Origin: Vulcanimicrobiota bacterium
GTDB lineage: Bacteria; Vulcanimicrobiota; Vulcanimicrobiia; Vulcanimicrobiales; Vulcanimicrobiaceae
Length of the DNA: 64,000 nucleotides
Assembly (NCBI GenBank): GCA_963812155.1
Contig: CAWETW010000003.1
Location: 960,001-1,024,000, forward strand
Reading direction: 5' to 3'
Shown here: in pieces, positions 7,357 through 18,058 of the stretch
How positions within the stretch are numbered: the first letter of the stretch is position 1
Layout: each line of letters starts with the position of its first letter
Notes under the pieces: generated by a model
Seen by the model: only the letters and a program-made list of their open reading frames with translations
Database searches by the model: none
What the model was told of the DNA's origin: nothing
Program-made: the position numbers and the translations under genes

Positions 7357-8931
7357 CTAGTTGCCGAGCATGACGCGGGCGGCGTTCCATCCGGAGGCGC
7401 CCATGACGCCGCCGCCGGGATGCGCCGCGGCGCCGCACATAAACAAACCTTTCACCGGCGTTGCGTAGCTCGCGAATCCCGGTACCGGGCGGAACATAAA
7501 GAGTTGGTGCAGCGGCATCGCGCCCTGGAAGATGCTGCCGCCGGTGAGTCCGAACGTTTCCTCCAGATCGAGCGGCGTCAGAATTTGGCGATCGATGACG
7601 GACGCTTTGAAACCGGGCGCATATTGCTCTACGATGTCGAAGCAGCGGTCGGCGTATTCGTTGCGCAACGCATCCGTCCAGCCGCCGTTGGGCGCGTATG
7701 GCGCATACTGCGTAAACATCGACATGAGATGCTTGCCGGGCGGCGCGACGGTCGGGTCGAGCGATGACGGCATCGTGCATTCGACGACCGGCTGCCGTGA
7801 AATGTTCCCGTACTTTGCGTCGTCGTAGGCGCGTTCGATGAAGTCCTGATCCGGGCAGAGATGCACGGTCCCGAAGTGCTGGGGTCCGGGTTCGTGACCG
7901 GGCAGCGCAGTAAAACTCGGCAGCCGCTCCAGCGCGACGTTGATCTTGCACGAGGCGCTGCTATACGAAATGCGCTCGACGGCATCGTTAAACGCCGGCG
8001 GGAGCGTCGAAGGATCGAGCATGTTCTGAAACGTGAGCCGGCAATCCACCCCCGACGCAACGCGCTTGGCGGAAAACTCGTCGCCGTTGGTCAGAACAAC
8101 CCCGGTGACTGCGCCGTTTTTCGTGAGAATGCGCGCGACCTCGGATTCCGTGCGGATTTCGGCGCCGAGGTCGGTTGCGGCGCGTGCGAGCGCCTGCGTC
8201 AAGCCGCCCATGCCGCCTTTGACGTAGCTCCAAACGCCGCGCTTCCCGTTCGTCTCGCCCATGACGTGGTGGAACAACACGTACGCCGTGCCGGGCATCG
8301 ACGGCGCCATGAACGCGCCGATGATCGCATCGGTGGCGATTGTGCCCTTCAACTCTTCCGACTCGAACCAGCGATCGAGAATCGGACGCGCGGCGCCGGT
8401 GAGCACTTCGATCGCCTCACCCATTGCGGGGCCGAGCTTCTGCAATGCTCTGCCCATCTTGCCCATCTGGAGCAGTTGAGGAATCGACGGCCGCAGCAAG
8501 TTCGGCGGCACTTGGGTGAGCGTCGGCTCGACGACCGATGCAACGCGCTCCAGCATCGCTTCGTACTGCGGATAGCGCTCCGCATCTCGCTTACTGAACT
8601 TGGCGATCTCTTCGACGTCTTGGTGCGTGCCGGTGCCGAGAATGAGATAGCGGCCGTCGAGGAAGGGCGAGAACGACGCCGGATTGCGTTCGATCGGCTC
8701 GAATCCGTAGTCGCGCAGGCGCAAATCGGCGATGATCTCGGGCCGGAACAGACTGTTGACGTAGGCGGCCGTCGAGACTTTGTAGCCCGGCCACGTCTCT
8801 TCGGAGACGCAGGCGCCGCCGACGACGTAGCGCCGTTCCAGCACGAGCACCTTCCATTTGGCACGCGCGAGATAGCAGGCCGTCACGAGCCCGTTATGTC
8901 CGCCACCAACGATGATCGCATCGTAGGTCAT
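7357..8931 (-). CDS. NAD(P)/FAD-dependent oxidoreductase, phytoene-dehydrogenase/PYROXD2-like
   Basis: MTYDAIIVGGGHNGLV, GGACVSEE, GGMGGLT, TPLDLEETFGLTGGSIFQG, CGAAAHPGGGVMGASG. ATG overlaps the upstream stop (ATGA). Confidence 0.9.
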   Translation of the reverse strand: MTYDAIIVGGGHNGLVTACYLARAKWKVLVLERRYVVGGACVSEETWPGYKVSTAAYVNSLFRPEIIADLRLRDYGFEPIERNPASFSPFLDGRYLILGTGTHQDVEEIAKFSKRDAERYPQYEAMLERVASVVEPTLTQVPPNLLRPSIPQLLQMGKMGRALQKLGPAMGEAIEVLTGAARPILDRWFESEELKGTIATDAIIGAFMAPSMPGTAYVLFHHVMGETNGKRGVWSYVKGGMGGLTQALARAATDLGAEIRTESEVARILTKNGAVTGVVLTNGDEFSAKRVASGVDCRLTFQNMLDPSTLPPAFNDAVERISYSSASCKINVALERLPSFTALPGHEPGPQHFGTVHLCPDQDFIERAYDDAKYGNISRQPVVECTMPSSLDPTVAPPGKHLMSMFTQYAPYAPNGGWTDALRNEYADRCFDIVEQYAPGFKASVIDRQILTPLDLEETFGLTGGSIFQGAMPLHQLFMFRPVPGFASYATPVKGLFMCGAAAHPGGGVMGASGWNAARVMLGN

Positions 8932-11900
8932 AGTTTCACCTGTACGCTGAAGTATGCGTTGAACGGTTGCATGAGGGAGCTGGAAAGGTCGTTGTACGTT
9001 CCGAAGTACGGTTCGTAGGGATAGCGCAGGAACGTCTGCACGTTGTCGTGCGGATTGTAGGCGTTTCCGACCGGAGGCGTGCTGGGACCGCCGACCAGGT
9101 TGGTGTAGAGGCAGACGTTGTTGCCTTGCAGGTAGGTGAAGCCGGTCGTTTGTCCCCCGAAGCAGGTCTGCAGCAGATTCGCGAGCGTCACCGTCAGCCG
9201 GATGCGCGGCGTCGCGTCGTAGGTCATTTGAAGATGCCCGAGGAGTTGCGCCGGTTCCCGGAAAGCGCCGAGCGCATCGAACTGGCCGGTGTACGGATCG
9301 GGAACCGAAAGCGCCGCCGACGAACAGTCGTGCGCGTTGTAGGGCAGACCGCCGGACGAGCCATACGGATAGCGCGGATCGCCTCCGGTCGAGCCCGGCA
9401 ATGCGGTGCAGCCGGCTGCGGCCGGATCGATGCCGGGCGTCGTCAGCGGGGCGCCGTAGCGGTTGCCCGCCGAAAACTGAAACGACGGGGTGATGGCAAA
9501 CTTGTCGTGCTTGTAGTTGAGGATAAGGGTCGCGACGTATGGGTAGTTGTAGGCGTTGACGCCGGAGCCGACCGGTCCCGGAAAGACCGAGTAGGGAAGG
9601 TACGCCGCCGACGGATCGTAGAGCGAGAAGACCGGTGAGTTCCAGTAGGGATTGGCGATGTCGCCTTTGGCGCACGACGGATCCGGCGCGCCGCTCACCG
9701 GAACGTAACAGGGAGCCGCATACGAGTTCGGGCCTTGCGTCGTGTAACCGCAGACGAGTTGACCGAACTGCTTCTTTCCGTATTGCGACCCGCCGGGAGC
9801 GCAGGCCTTAGTATAGGCGTTGTACTGCGCGATGCCGGTATTGATCGGCGTGAGCAGCGTCGTTCCGTTCTGCAGCGTGCCGTATTTGAAGGTCGCATAC
9901 GTGTACGCAAACGAGAGCTGCCCGGAGATGCCGTTGCGGTTGAAGTCGCCTTTGTTGAACTGGAACTCGAAGCCGCGAGACGTCTGGTAGCCGGCGTTCA
10001 AGCCGGAGGTGATGCCGGTCGTATAGTTGATGTAGAAGTTCGAGACTTCGGCCTGCGTTTGGCGCAGGAAGGGCGACAGCTTGAACGACATGTCGGTGCC
10101 CTTGAAGTGGTGCTCGATCGAGAAGTCGCTGTTGAACGAAATCGAGGGTGCCACCGCGTGGCCCGGCGAGTTGAAACCGAGCGCGTAGAACTCGGTGAGC
10201 GTGTCGGGGAGATTTGCTTCGAGCCCGTTATACTGCTCGTACGCCGAACTCGGCTGTTCGTTGTATTTTCCGTAACTGGCGCGCAAAACCGTGTCGGGGT
10301 TGACGGTGTACGTCGCGCCGATGCGCGGCTGCACGATGTTATAGTCGAAGGCCGCGGGCGTGTTGTCGAGATGCGCGTTGACGTACTGCTTGCCGAGCTT
10401 CGGACACGGCAGCTGCGAGTTCGTGCTCCAGTCGCCGCGCGGGAGAAGCGCGGTCCGGTCGACGAGGGTCAGCGTCTGCGTATCGAAGCACGTGTCTTGG
10501 TTGAACGCATCGAACCAGAAGTTCCGGGCGGCGCCCGTGTCGGTATTCGAACCGACGAAACTGTAGTTGTCGACGCGTACGCCGGCGTTGACGGTAAGCT
10601 TGTCGTTCGGGCGCCACTCGTCGGTGATCGAGTAGCCGGCGAAGTGCGGCGTGACCGTATTGTTGAGGCCGTAGTCGCCGTTTTCGGCGACGTAGTACGC
10701 GCACGGACCGTTGCCGCAGCGTAAACCGCTGACGTTGGGCTGGCCGCTGCCGTTGAGGCCGAGATACGAGGGCAGCCGGTTGGCGCCGAACGAGACGCCG
10801 CTCCCGCCGCCGTCGTAGCAGGTGGTCGCAAACGTGCCGTTGCCGCCCCGCTTGATGCGATAGCAGGTGCCGCCGTAGATGTCGTTCGGGTTGACGAGCT
10901 GCGCGAACTCGTTGCCGTAGAAGCGGCCGAATGCGAACATCTGCTCGTTGTAAATCCGGGCGCCGGTTGCCGTGGTGTAGCTTCCTTCGGCCTGCAGCAG
11001 GTTTTGCGAGTTGATCTGATCGGTGAACGAGGCGCTGATGCCGCGCGTGTGGTTGTTGATTTCGTAGTCGCCGCTGTCGTAGTACGCGTACGACTGCAGC
11101 GACATCATCGGGCCGTTTTCGATCCAGTCGGAGTAGTAGGTGTAACCGTAGAGCCGCAGGTACGCGCTGGAACTGAAGTTTTTCTGGTATTGCAGCTTGA
11201 CGATCGCCTGGCCGTTGTAACCGCGGTCGCGCTGAAAATTCGGATCGGGGATCGAGCCTTGGAATGGATGGGACGGCGACGACGGATAGAGGTAGGGAGA
11301 GATCAGCGACTGGTAGTTGGCCGGGAGCAGCGTGCCCGTGGGACCCTTGTACTGATACGTGTCGAGATAGTAGGGTGGAAACGATCCGGTCGATGAGATC
11401 CAGTTTTGCAAGCCTTCGTCGGTCACCGAACTGTTAAAGGTCGTGAAAATCTCGTCGTTGTCGTAGAGCAGCTGCACGTCGTCGCGCAGCGAGTCGTGTT
11501 TGTGCGGGATCGCGATGTGGAAGTTCGCGACGAAGGTGCGGTCGGCGATGTTGACGGGATTGAGCGTCCCGAATCCGATCGGCCCGAGCACCCAGCCGGT
11601 CGTTCCGAGCGGCCCCACGTTCGGCTTTCCGTTGGTGAAGCACGACGGCAGCGCTTGGATCGATGTCTTGCCCGGACATTGCGCCACCTGCTGGCCGAAC
11701 TCGTTGGTGTAGGCCGCGCCCCCGAACTGATCGACGAAGACGTGATCTTGATTGTAGCCGTTGAACCCGACGTAATAGGAGAAGAGCCGGTCGGGCGTCG
11801 CGCCGCCGGTCTCCACGCTGAGGCTGTGGTAGAAGGTCGGCGAACCCGCCGCGAGATCTGCTTGCGCGTAGCCGGGGAACGTGCCGGTTTTGATGACCTG

Positions 11901-12635
11901 GTTGATGAAGCCGGCGAGACCTTGCGCTTCGGCGCCGGCGGGCGTCGCACCGGTGTAGACTTGCAACTCGAGCTGGCCGAGCGACGAAATCGATCCTGAC
12001 GGGTAGTTGTCGAAGGCGCGATTGATCGGAATGCCGTCGAACTCGTAGCCGACTTCGTAGGAGTCGCCGCCGCGAACGTGCACCGCCTGCAAGTATCCGG
12101 CTTGATTCGGCGGCACGTACGCGCCCGGTACGCTCGCGATGGCCGAGTAGGCGCTGTTGAGACTGCCGCCGCCGCCGAGCGCCGAGAGCCGCGCCTGCTG
12201 CGCCGCGTTGATCGAATAGATGTCGGCGGTCGTGCCGGGGCGCACCAAACTCGACGCCGAGCGCGACGAGACTTGCGCGATCGTCTTGAGCGCTTTGTGC
12301 ATGGCAAACGCCAGCGTCTGCTGCGCGTCGGCGAGCACCGCGATGCCCGGGTACGACACCGGGTCGTAGCCCGACTTTTCGAGCGACGCCGTATACTCGT
12401 CGGGAGCGAGCGAGACAAAATGAAAGTGGCCGCCGGCGTCGGTGAGCGTGCTCGCGCTCTGCGACGGACTGGCGACCGTGACGCGTACGCCGGCGAGCGG
12501 CGCCGACGTTCCGGCTTCGGTCACCGTGCCGCCGAGGCCGCCGGTCGTGCCGGCCGGCGCAAGCGAAGGGACGATGACGGCGCCCGCACACGCGAACGCG
12601 GCGAGAGCGGCGACGATGCGGCGATGAATGCTCAT
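8928..12635 (-). CDS. TonB-dependent receptor with N-terminal carboxypeptidase-regulatory-like domain (Oar-like)
   Basis: Signal peptide, GTTGGLGGTV...TDAGGHF, plug VRGG...FDGIPIN, DEWRPNDKLTVNAGVRVD, QPRIGATY, C-terminal beta strand FSVQVKL. Confidence 0.88.
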   Translation of the reverse strand: MSIHRRIVAALAAFACAGAVIVPSLAPAGTTGGLGGTVTEAGTSAPLAGVRVTVASPSQSASTLTDAGGHFHFVSLAPDEYTASLEKSGYDPVSYPGIAVLADAQQTLAFAMHKALKTIAQVSSRSASSLVRPGTTADIYSINAAQQARLSALGGGGSLNSAYSAIASVPGAYVPPNQAGYLQAVHVRGGDSYEVGYEFDGIPINRAFDNYPSGSISSLGQLELQVYTGATPAGAEAQGLAGFINQVIKTGTFPGYAQADLAAGSPTFYHSLSVETGGATPDRLFSYYVGFNGYNQDHVFVDQFGGAAYTNEFGQQVAQCPGKTSIQALPSCFTNGKPNVGPLGTTGWVLGPIGFGTLNPVNIADRTFVANFHIAIPHKHDSLRDDVQLLYDNDEIFTTFNSSVTDEGLQNWISSTGSFPPYYLDTYQYKGPTGTLLPANYQSLISPYLYPSSPSHPFQGSIPDPNFQRDRGYNGQAIVKLQYQKNFSSSAYLRLYGYTYYSDWIENGPMMSLQSYAYYDSGDYEINNHTRGISASFTDQINSQNLLQAEGSYTTATGARIYNEQMFAFGRFYGNEFAQLVNPNDIYGGTCYRIKRGGNGTFATTCYDGGGSGVSFGANRLPSYLGLNGSGQPNVSGLRCGNGPCAYYVAENGDYGLNNTVTPHFAGYSITDEWRPNDKLTVNAGVRVDNYSFVGSNTDTGAARNFWFDAFNQDTCFDTQTLTLVDRTALLPRGDWSTNSQLPCPKLGKQYVNAHLDNTPAAFDYNIVQPRIGATYTVNPDTVLRASYGKYNEQPSSAYEQYNGLEANLPDTLTEFYALGFNSPGHAVAPSISFNSDFSIEHHFKGTDMSFKLSPFLRQTQAEVSNFYINYTTGITSGLNAGYQTSRGFEFQFNKGDFNRNGISGQLSFAYTYATFKYGTLQNGTTLLTPINTGIAQYNAYTKACAPGGSQYGKKQFGQLVCGYTTQGPNSYAAPCYVPVSGAPDPSCAKGDIANPYWNSPVFSLYDPSAAYLPYSVFPGPVGSGVNAYNYPYVATLILNYKHDKFAITPSFQFSAGNRYGAPLTTPGIDPAAAGCTALPGSTGGDPRYPYGSSGGLPYNAHDCSSAALSVPDPYTGQFDALGAFREPAQLLGHLQMTYDATPRIRLTVTLANLLQTCFGGQTTGFTYLQGNNVCLYTNLVGGPSTPPVGNAYNPHDNVQTFLRYPYEPYFGTYNDLSSSLMQPFNAYFSVQVKL

Positions 12636-15619
12636 GTTTGGTAAGCCTCGATGAAGGTATGGTAAGCGGACATGGCGCGGTTGAACTGGTCGCCGATCTC
12701 GGCGGCTTCGCGAAGATGCGGCGGAAGCGGAGGCCCTTGTGAGAGGTTCACGACGCCCAAGAGAATCGTCAAGCGCTCGCGCAGCGCGTCCGGTTTCCAC
12801 TGGTCGTCTTCGGAGTTCACGATACCCGACGTCAACTGTGCGTAGACGGCGTCGAACGCGTGCCGCTGCGACGCGTGCACGCGTCCACGCAGCGCGTCGA
12901 GCCGGTTGAGCGCGGTATCGACCTGCGAGAGTTCGCGATCGAGCGCCGCGATGAAATCGTAGCGCGCAACGTACTGGGCTTGCGTCCAGTGCGCGCGCGG
13001 ATCGGGGCGAACTTCAAGCGTTCGTTCGGACGCGCGGTCGCCGATGCGAAGCCGTACCGTATAGGTGCCGGGTACGACCTGCGGCGCGCTCCAGGCCTTG
13101 TTCCAATCGCGCGCGGCGTTCCACGGCACGATGGGTTCGGCGAGCAAATCCCAGGACGCGCGATCGATGCCGGCGTCTCCGGGTGCATCGAGATGCCGCA
13201 CGACCGCGCCGGAAACGTCGAGCAGGTCGATCGTGACGCCGGGCGTCTCGCGCGGCAAATAGTACGACAGCAGCGCGCCGTAGTCGGGATCGCTTCCGCT
13301 GAAGACGCCCGCCGGCACGCAGCATTCGTCGTCGTGCGTTCCGTATTGGCCGGACCACCAGATATACCACGCGTACGCCGGACGCGGCGCGAAGAGCGCC
13401 GGAACGCCGGCGTCGCGCGCGGCGGTAAACCCTTCCAGCGGCGTGAGATCGTCGAGGATGTAGATTCCGCGTCCGTGCGTGCCGGCGATGAGATCGACGG
13501 CCTCGGGCTGCACGCGCAGATCGCGGACCGCGGTCGGCGGCATGTTCAAACGGAGACTGCGCCAGGCCGCGCCGCGGTCGAACGTCACGAACGCGCCCTG
13601 CTCCAAGCCCGCGTACAGCACGTCGGCGTTGCGGGGATCTTCGCGAAGAACGTGCGCGGGCTGGTCGGGCGGCAGGCCCGCGACGACCGAACGCCACGAC
13701 GTGCCCCCGTCATCGGTTGCGAGCACGTAGGGCGTGCGATCGCCCATCGTTTGGCGATTGACGACTGCGTACGCGCGGTCGATCGAGACACGCGACGGCT
13801 CGACGGTCTCGACGCGCCCCCATTCCGGGACGAACGACGGCGTAACGTTGCGCCAGTGCGCTCCGCCGTCGATGGTGCGCCAAATCAAGCCGTCGTCACT
13901 GCCCACCCAAATCGTCCTTGCATCGATCGGCGACGGCGCGATGTCGAGCAGCGTGTCGTAGAACTCCGCGCCCGAAACGTCGGTGTTGATCGAGCCGCCC
14001 GCAACTTGCTGTTTGCTCGGATCGTTGCGCGTGAGATCCGGACTCATCGCAGTCCACGTACGCCCGCGGTCGCGCGTTTCGAAGAGCACGTTCCCGCCGA
14101 AGAACGCGACCCCAGGCTCGAGCCGCGAGAACGCCAGCGGCGATTCCCAGTTGAAGCGATACGGCAAACCCGCCAGCGGACGTCCGTTGGTGTCGCGCAC
14201 GTAGGGCGAGATGTCGTAGTTCTGGCGCGACGCGAGGTCGAAGATGCCCAGCTGTCCGTTGAGTTCGTTGATGCCGACGTTCCAGACCGATTGCGGATCG
14301 CCGGGCTCAGGCCAGACGGCCACGCCGTCGGCATCGTTGGCGACGTCCCGCCAGTCCCGTTCCGTCAAGCCGAGCGGGCTGAGCGAGAGATTCGGCGCGC
14401 AGTAGGAGTCGTCGTCCTGCATCGCCGCGCAGACGTGATAGGGATTCTGGTCGTCGAAGCCCACGTGATAGATCTGCGCGATATCCACGTTGAAGCGCCA
14501 GTCCCAGGTCGCGCCGCCGTCGATCGAGATCGGCGCGCCGCCGTCGTCGGCTTCGATGATGCGCCGCCCGTCGCGCGAGATCCAAAAGCCGTGATGGTCT
14601 TGGTGGACGGCGGTCGAGATATCGTCGAACGTCTTGCCGCCGTCGTGCGTAACGAGCAAATCTTCCGAAGCGAAGAAGACGCGATTGGGATCGCGCGGAT
14701 CGACCGCAAGACGGCTGAAATAAAATGGGCGTTGATCGATGATCGTGTCGCGCGACATCATCCGCCAATGCGCGCCGGCATCTTCGGATCGCCAGAGCAA
14801 TCCTTCGCGCGATTGAATCAGCGCGTAGACCCGCCGCGGATCGCTCGGGGCCACGGCGATGCCGATGCGTCCCATTTCACCCGAAGGCAGGCCGTTGCCG
14901 CGCAGGCGATGCCAGGTCGTGCCGCCGTCGGTCGACTTGTAAATGCCGTCGTCGGATCCTCCGCTGGTGAAGGTCCACGGTTTGCGCCGGAACTGCCAGA
15001 CGCCGGCATAGACGACGCGCGGATCGTGGGCGTTCCAGGCGAGGTCGGAGACGCCGCTGCGCGGCCCCGCGTAAAGCGTGCGCCGCCACGTTCGTCCGAA
15101 ATCGGTCGTGCGGTAGACCCCGCGGTCGCCGGAGTCTTTGAATGGATTGCCGAGCGCTCCGGCGATGACCGCACCGGGATCGTGCGGGTTGATCAGCAGC
15201 GCGGAGACGGCATAGGAATCGTTCAATCCGCGCCGGCTCCAATGCACGCCGCCGTCACGCGTAAGCCAGATGCCGTCGCCGTAGGACGCGTCGTTGCGAG
15301 GATTCGGCTCGCCGGTTCCGGCCCATACGACCTCTTGGTTCGAGGGAGCGATGGCGATTGCGCCGATCGCGCCGACCGCGTCGCGCGACCACACGTCGCG
15401 CCACGTCAATCCGCCGTCGGTCGTCTTGAAAACGCCGCCGCCTGCTGCACCGAAATAGTACAGGGAAGGATTCGCGTCGGTACCGGCTACACCGGAGGTG
15501 CGCCCGCCGGCGAGTGCCGGACCGATGTTGCGCCAATCGAGCCCAATCGCGTCGCTGCCTTGTGCTGGTGAGGTCGCACATGCCACGAACAGCGCGCAAA
15601 CAAAAGAGAAGAGGCGCAC
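12632..15619 (-). CDS. Secreted BNR/Asp-box (VPS10/sortilin-like) glycosyl-hydrolase-type protein
   Basis: WRNIGPA..GGR, repeated (S/T).DGG.TW boxes, SPDLTRND, GTHGRGIYILDD. Start GTG 15619 is approximate. Confidence 0.85.
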   Translation of the reverse strand: MRLFSFVCALFVACATSPAQGSDAIGLDWRNIGPALAGGRTSGVAGTDANPSLYYFGAAGGGVFKTTDGGLTWRDVWSRDAVGAIGAIAIAPSNQEVVWAGTGEPNPRNDASYGDGIWLTRDGGVHWSRRGLNDSYAVSALLINPHDPGAVIAGALGNPFKDSGDRGVYRTTDFGRTWRRTLYAGPRSGVSDLAWNAHDPRVVYAGVWQFRRKPWTFTSGGSDDGIYKSTDGGTTWHRLRGNGLPSGEMGRIGIAVAPSDPRRVYALIQSREGLLWRSEDAGAHWRMMSRDTIIDQRPFYFSRLAVDPRDPNRVFFASEDLLVTHDGGKTFDDISTAVHQDHHGFWISRDGRRIIEADDGGAPISIDGGATWDWRFNVDIAQIYHVGFDDQNPYHVCAAMQDDDSYCAPNLSLSPLGLTERDWRDVANDADGVAVWPEPGDPQSVWNVGINELNGQLGIFDLASRQNYDISPYVRDTNGRPLAGLPYRFNWESPLAFSRLEPGVAFFGGNVLFETRDRGRTWTAMSPDLTRNDPSKQQVAGGSINTDVSGAEFYDTLLDIAPSPIDARTIWVGSDDGLIWRTIDGGAHWRNVTPSFVPEWGRVETVEPSRVSIDRAYAVVNRQTMGDRTPYVLATDDGGTSWRSVVAGLPPDQPAHVLREDPRNADVLYAGLEQGAFVTFDRGAAWRSLRLNMPPTAVRDLRVQPEAVDLIAGTHGRGIYILDDLTPLEGFTAARDAGVPALFAPRPAYAWYIWWSGQYGTHDDECCVPAGVFSGSDPDYGALLSYYLPRETPGVTIDLLDVSGAVVRHLDAPGDAGIDRASWDLLAEPIVPWNAARDWNKAWSAPQVVPGTYTVRLRIGDRASERTLEVRPDPRAHWTQAQYVARYDFIAALDRELSQVDTALNRLDALRGRVHASQRHAFDAVYAQLTSGIVNSEDDQWKPDALRERLTILLGVVNLSQGPPLPPHLREAAEIGDQFNRAMSAYHTFIEAYQT

Positions 15620-15624
15620 ACAAA

Positions 15625-16749
15625 CTACGTAGACTGCGGACCTTGCATTGCGTGCAGGTAGTGGCGGTCGAAGGACCCCAACAATCCTTCGGCGTTCGAG
15701 TACGGCCCCGGCGAGTAGGCGCGCGAGCGCAATCCAAGTTGCGTGAATTCGCTCACCCGCCAATCCTGGCGATTGGTGACATCCCAGAAATCGACTGCGT
15801 CGCTCGGATCGAAGTGCGGCACCTCCATCGTTTGCGGTTCGAAGAGCCAGGTGCAGGCAATGCGCGTGCGATCGATGGCGACCGGCGTGACGTAGTGCAC
15901 CATGACGTAATCGGCGTGGAGGCTCAGCAGCATCGACGGAAAGATCGTGTAGTAGTAGATGCGGTCGAGATCGTCGCCCGAAACGGTTCCGAGCGGAGGC
16001 CGGTCGGTTTGGCCCGTGATGGTGAGGCTGCCGACGTGCGAGCGCAGCTCGGAGTAGCCGCCGAGCACCGGGCCTTCGGTGAGATCGTTCCGACCGGACT
16101 CCGAAGGCGAGAGTTTATCGAGTTGCGGATGGACGAGCGGGCAGTGATAGCACTCGGAGTAGTTCTGAAAAACGAGCTTCCAATTGCAGGCGATATCGTA
16201 TTCCACGGTGCGTCCGGTGCGCAGCCGCTCGAGATCCCATCGCGTGAATCGCCCTTTCAGCGATGCCAGCGCGCGTTCGAACGGTTCGGGATCCGGCGTG
16301 AGGTTCACGAAGATGAAGCCTTCCCACACCGTGACGCGCGCTTCGTGAAGCGGATAATCGGTACGCTCGAAACCCGGCACGTCGGCCATGTTACGCGCGA
16401 CGTTGAGCGCGCCGTCGAGTCCGTAGGTCCAGGCGTGATACGGACATTGAATCGAACCTTGAAACCGTCCGGTACGTTCGAGACACAGTCGCGTGCCGCG
16501 ATGGCGGCAGACGTTATGGAAGGCGTGAATGACGCCGGCGCGATCGCGCGTGACGATGAGGCTTTCGCCGGCGACGTCGCTCAAAAAGTATTCGCCGGCC
16601 GTCGCGATCCAATCGGCGCGGCCCACGCCAATCCAATCGCGCGCAAAAATCAGCTCGCGTTCGCGGGCGAAGTTCTCCTCGGAGAGATAGCGGAAAGCCG
16701 GAAGCGTCCTCGCTCCCGGCGTGACGACGGGCTTGCTGAAAACGGTCAT
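15625..16749 (-). CDS. Rieske non-heme iron oxygenase alpha subunit (GbcA/choline monooxygenase/CntA-like group)
   Basis: NVCRHRG...CPYHAWTY; NWK..FQNYSECYHCPLVHP; NRQD; YSPGPYS. Confidence 0.92.
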   Translation of the reverse strand: MTVFSKPVVTPGARTLPAFRYLSEENFARERELIFARDWIGVGRADWIATAGEYFLSDVAGESLIVTRDRAGVIHAFHNVCRHRGTRLCLERTGRFQGSIQCPYHAWTYGLDGALNVARNMADVPGFERTDYPLHEARVTVWEGFIFVNLTPDPEPFERALASLKGRFTRWDLERLRTGRTVEYDIACNWKLVFQNYSECYHCPLVHPQLDKLSPSESGRNDLTEGPVLGGYSELRSHVGSLTITGQTDRPPLGTVSGDDLDRIYYYTIFPSMLLSLHADYVMVHYVTPVAIDRTRIACTWLFEPQTMEVPHFDPSDAVDFWDVTNRQDWRVSEFTQLGLRSRAYSPGPYSNAEGLLGSFDRHYLHAMQGPQST

Positions 16750-16879
16750 CGCGCGGCTCTTCCTGGCGAAGCGAGATTTGCCCGAGGGTTCCCCGGCGTT
16801 TGACAGAATCCCGCAGCTAACAGCGATTTATTTGGCGTTCTTGGCGATAGACCGTCAAAGCCTTCGGGAGCGTCCCTAG

Positions 16880-18058
16880 TTGGCCGAACGAGAACCGAAT
16901 ACCACCGCCACTGCGACGGGCCCGCTCGAGGTCTCGCTGCCGCGCGACGCTTACCTCGACGCGACGTTTTTCGAGCGCGAACAACGTGCGATTTTCTGGG
17001 ATCAGTGGTTCTGCGCCGGACGAACCGAGGGACTCGAGCATAGCGGCGCGTACCGGGTGGTCGACGTTGCCGGCGAAAGCGTCATCATCGTCCGCGGCGC
17101 GGACGGTCTCTACGCCCACCTCAATCTCTGCCGTCACCGCGGCAGCCGTTTACTCTGCGGCGACGGCGTGTTGCGCGGCGCGATTCGCTGTCCCTACCAT
17201 GGGTGGGCGTATTCGCTCGAAGGCGACGTCGTCGCGACGCCGTTCGTGGACGAGCGCGACGTACCGCCGGACGCCCGTCGTCTGCACCCGGTAGGCGTGG
17301 AGTGCTGGGGCGGTTTCGTCTTCGTCCATCTCGGGTCCGAACGCGCTCGGCGTGAGGGGTTCACGCTGAGCGCGCAACTCGGCGCGATTGCGCAGCGCCT
17401 CGCGCGCTATCCGCTCGAAGAGTTGCGCGTTGCGCGATCGCTGCGTTACGAGGTCGCCGCCAACTGGAAGGTGCTGCTCGAGAATTACAACGAGTGCTAC
17501 CACTGCGCCGGCGTGCATCCGGAACTCTGCCGCGTGGTGCCGGCGTTCAAGCATCGCGGGGGAAGCCAACTCGATTGGGAACGGGGCATTCCGCACCGCG
17601 ACGGTGCCTGGACGTTCACGGCGAGCGGAACGTGCGATCGCTTGCCGTTCTGCGGACTGGACGCCGACGAACGCGTTCGTCACAAGGGCGAACTCGTCTA
17701 TCCGAATCTCATGCTCAGCCTTTCCGCCGATCACGTCGCCGCGTTCACGTTATGGCCGGAGGGTGCGGAACGGACGACGATCGTCTGCGACTTCCTTTTT
17801 CACCCCGAAGAAATCGCGCGCGCGGCATTCGATCCGTCCGATGCGGTCGAGTTTTGGGATCTCGTCAACACGCAGGATTGGACGATCTGCCAAAGCGTTC
17901 AGGCGGGAATGCATTCGCGCGCGTTTCGTTACGGCTACTATGCGCCGATGGAAGACGCAAGCCTCGACATCCGGCGCTACGTTGCCGAGCGATTGCGCGC
18001 CCCTTCGACTGCGGCGCTTCGCGCCTTCGCTCAGGGTGACACCAAGGATGATGACTGA
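16880..18058 (+). CDS. Second Rieske oxygenase alpha subunit, divergent paralog
   Basis: NLCRHRG...CPYHGWAY; NWKVLLENYNECYHCAGVHP; NTQDW.ICQSVQAG. Confidence 0.92.
   Translation: MAEREPNTTATATGPLEVSLPRDAYLDATFFEREQRAIFWDQWFCAGRTEGLEHSGAYRVVDVAGESVIIVRGADGLYAHLNLCRHRGSRLLCGDGVLRGAIRCPYHGWAYSLEGDVVATPFVDERDVPPDARRLHPVGVECWGGFVFVHLGSERARREGFTLSAQLGAIAQRLARYPLEELRVARSLRYEVAANWKVLLENYNECYHCAGVHPELCRVVPAFKHRGGSQLDWERGIPHRDGAWTFTASGTCDRLPFCGLDADERVRHKGELVYPNLMLSLSADHVAAFTLWPEGAERTTIVCDFLFHPEEIARAAFDPSDAVEFWDLVNTQDWTICQSVQAGMHSRAFRYGYYAPMEDASLDIRRYVAERLRAPSTAALRAFAQGDTKDDD
18001..18042 (+). repeat. REP-like dispersed repeat inside the 3' end of the Rieske gene
   Basis: CCCTTCGAC tgc GGCGC-ttc-GCGCC TTCGCTCAGGGTGACAC. 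Confidence 0.8.

Noticed and set aside
7357..8931. Carotenoid biosynthesis (crtI)
   Set aside because: No crtB or crtE nearby; motifs and context fit the broader PYROXD2-like oxidoreductases.
12860..15571. 903-aa plus-strand ORF and other long antisense or alternate-frame ORFs
   Set aside because: Shadow ORFs of real genes, expected in high-GC DNA; no recognisable motifs.
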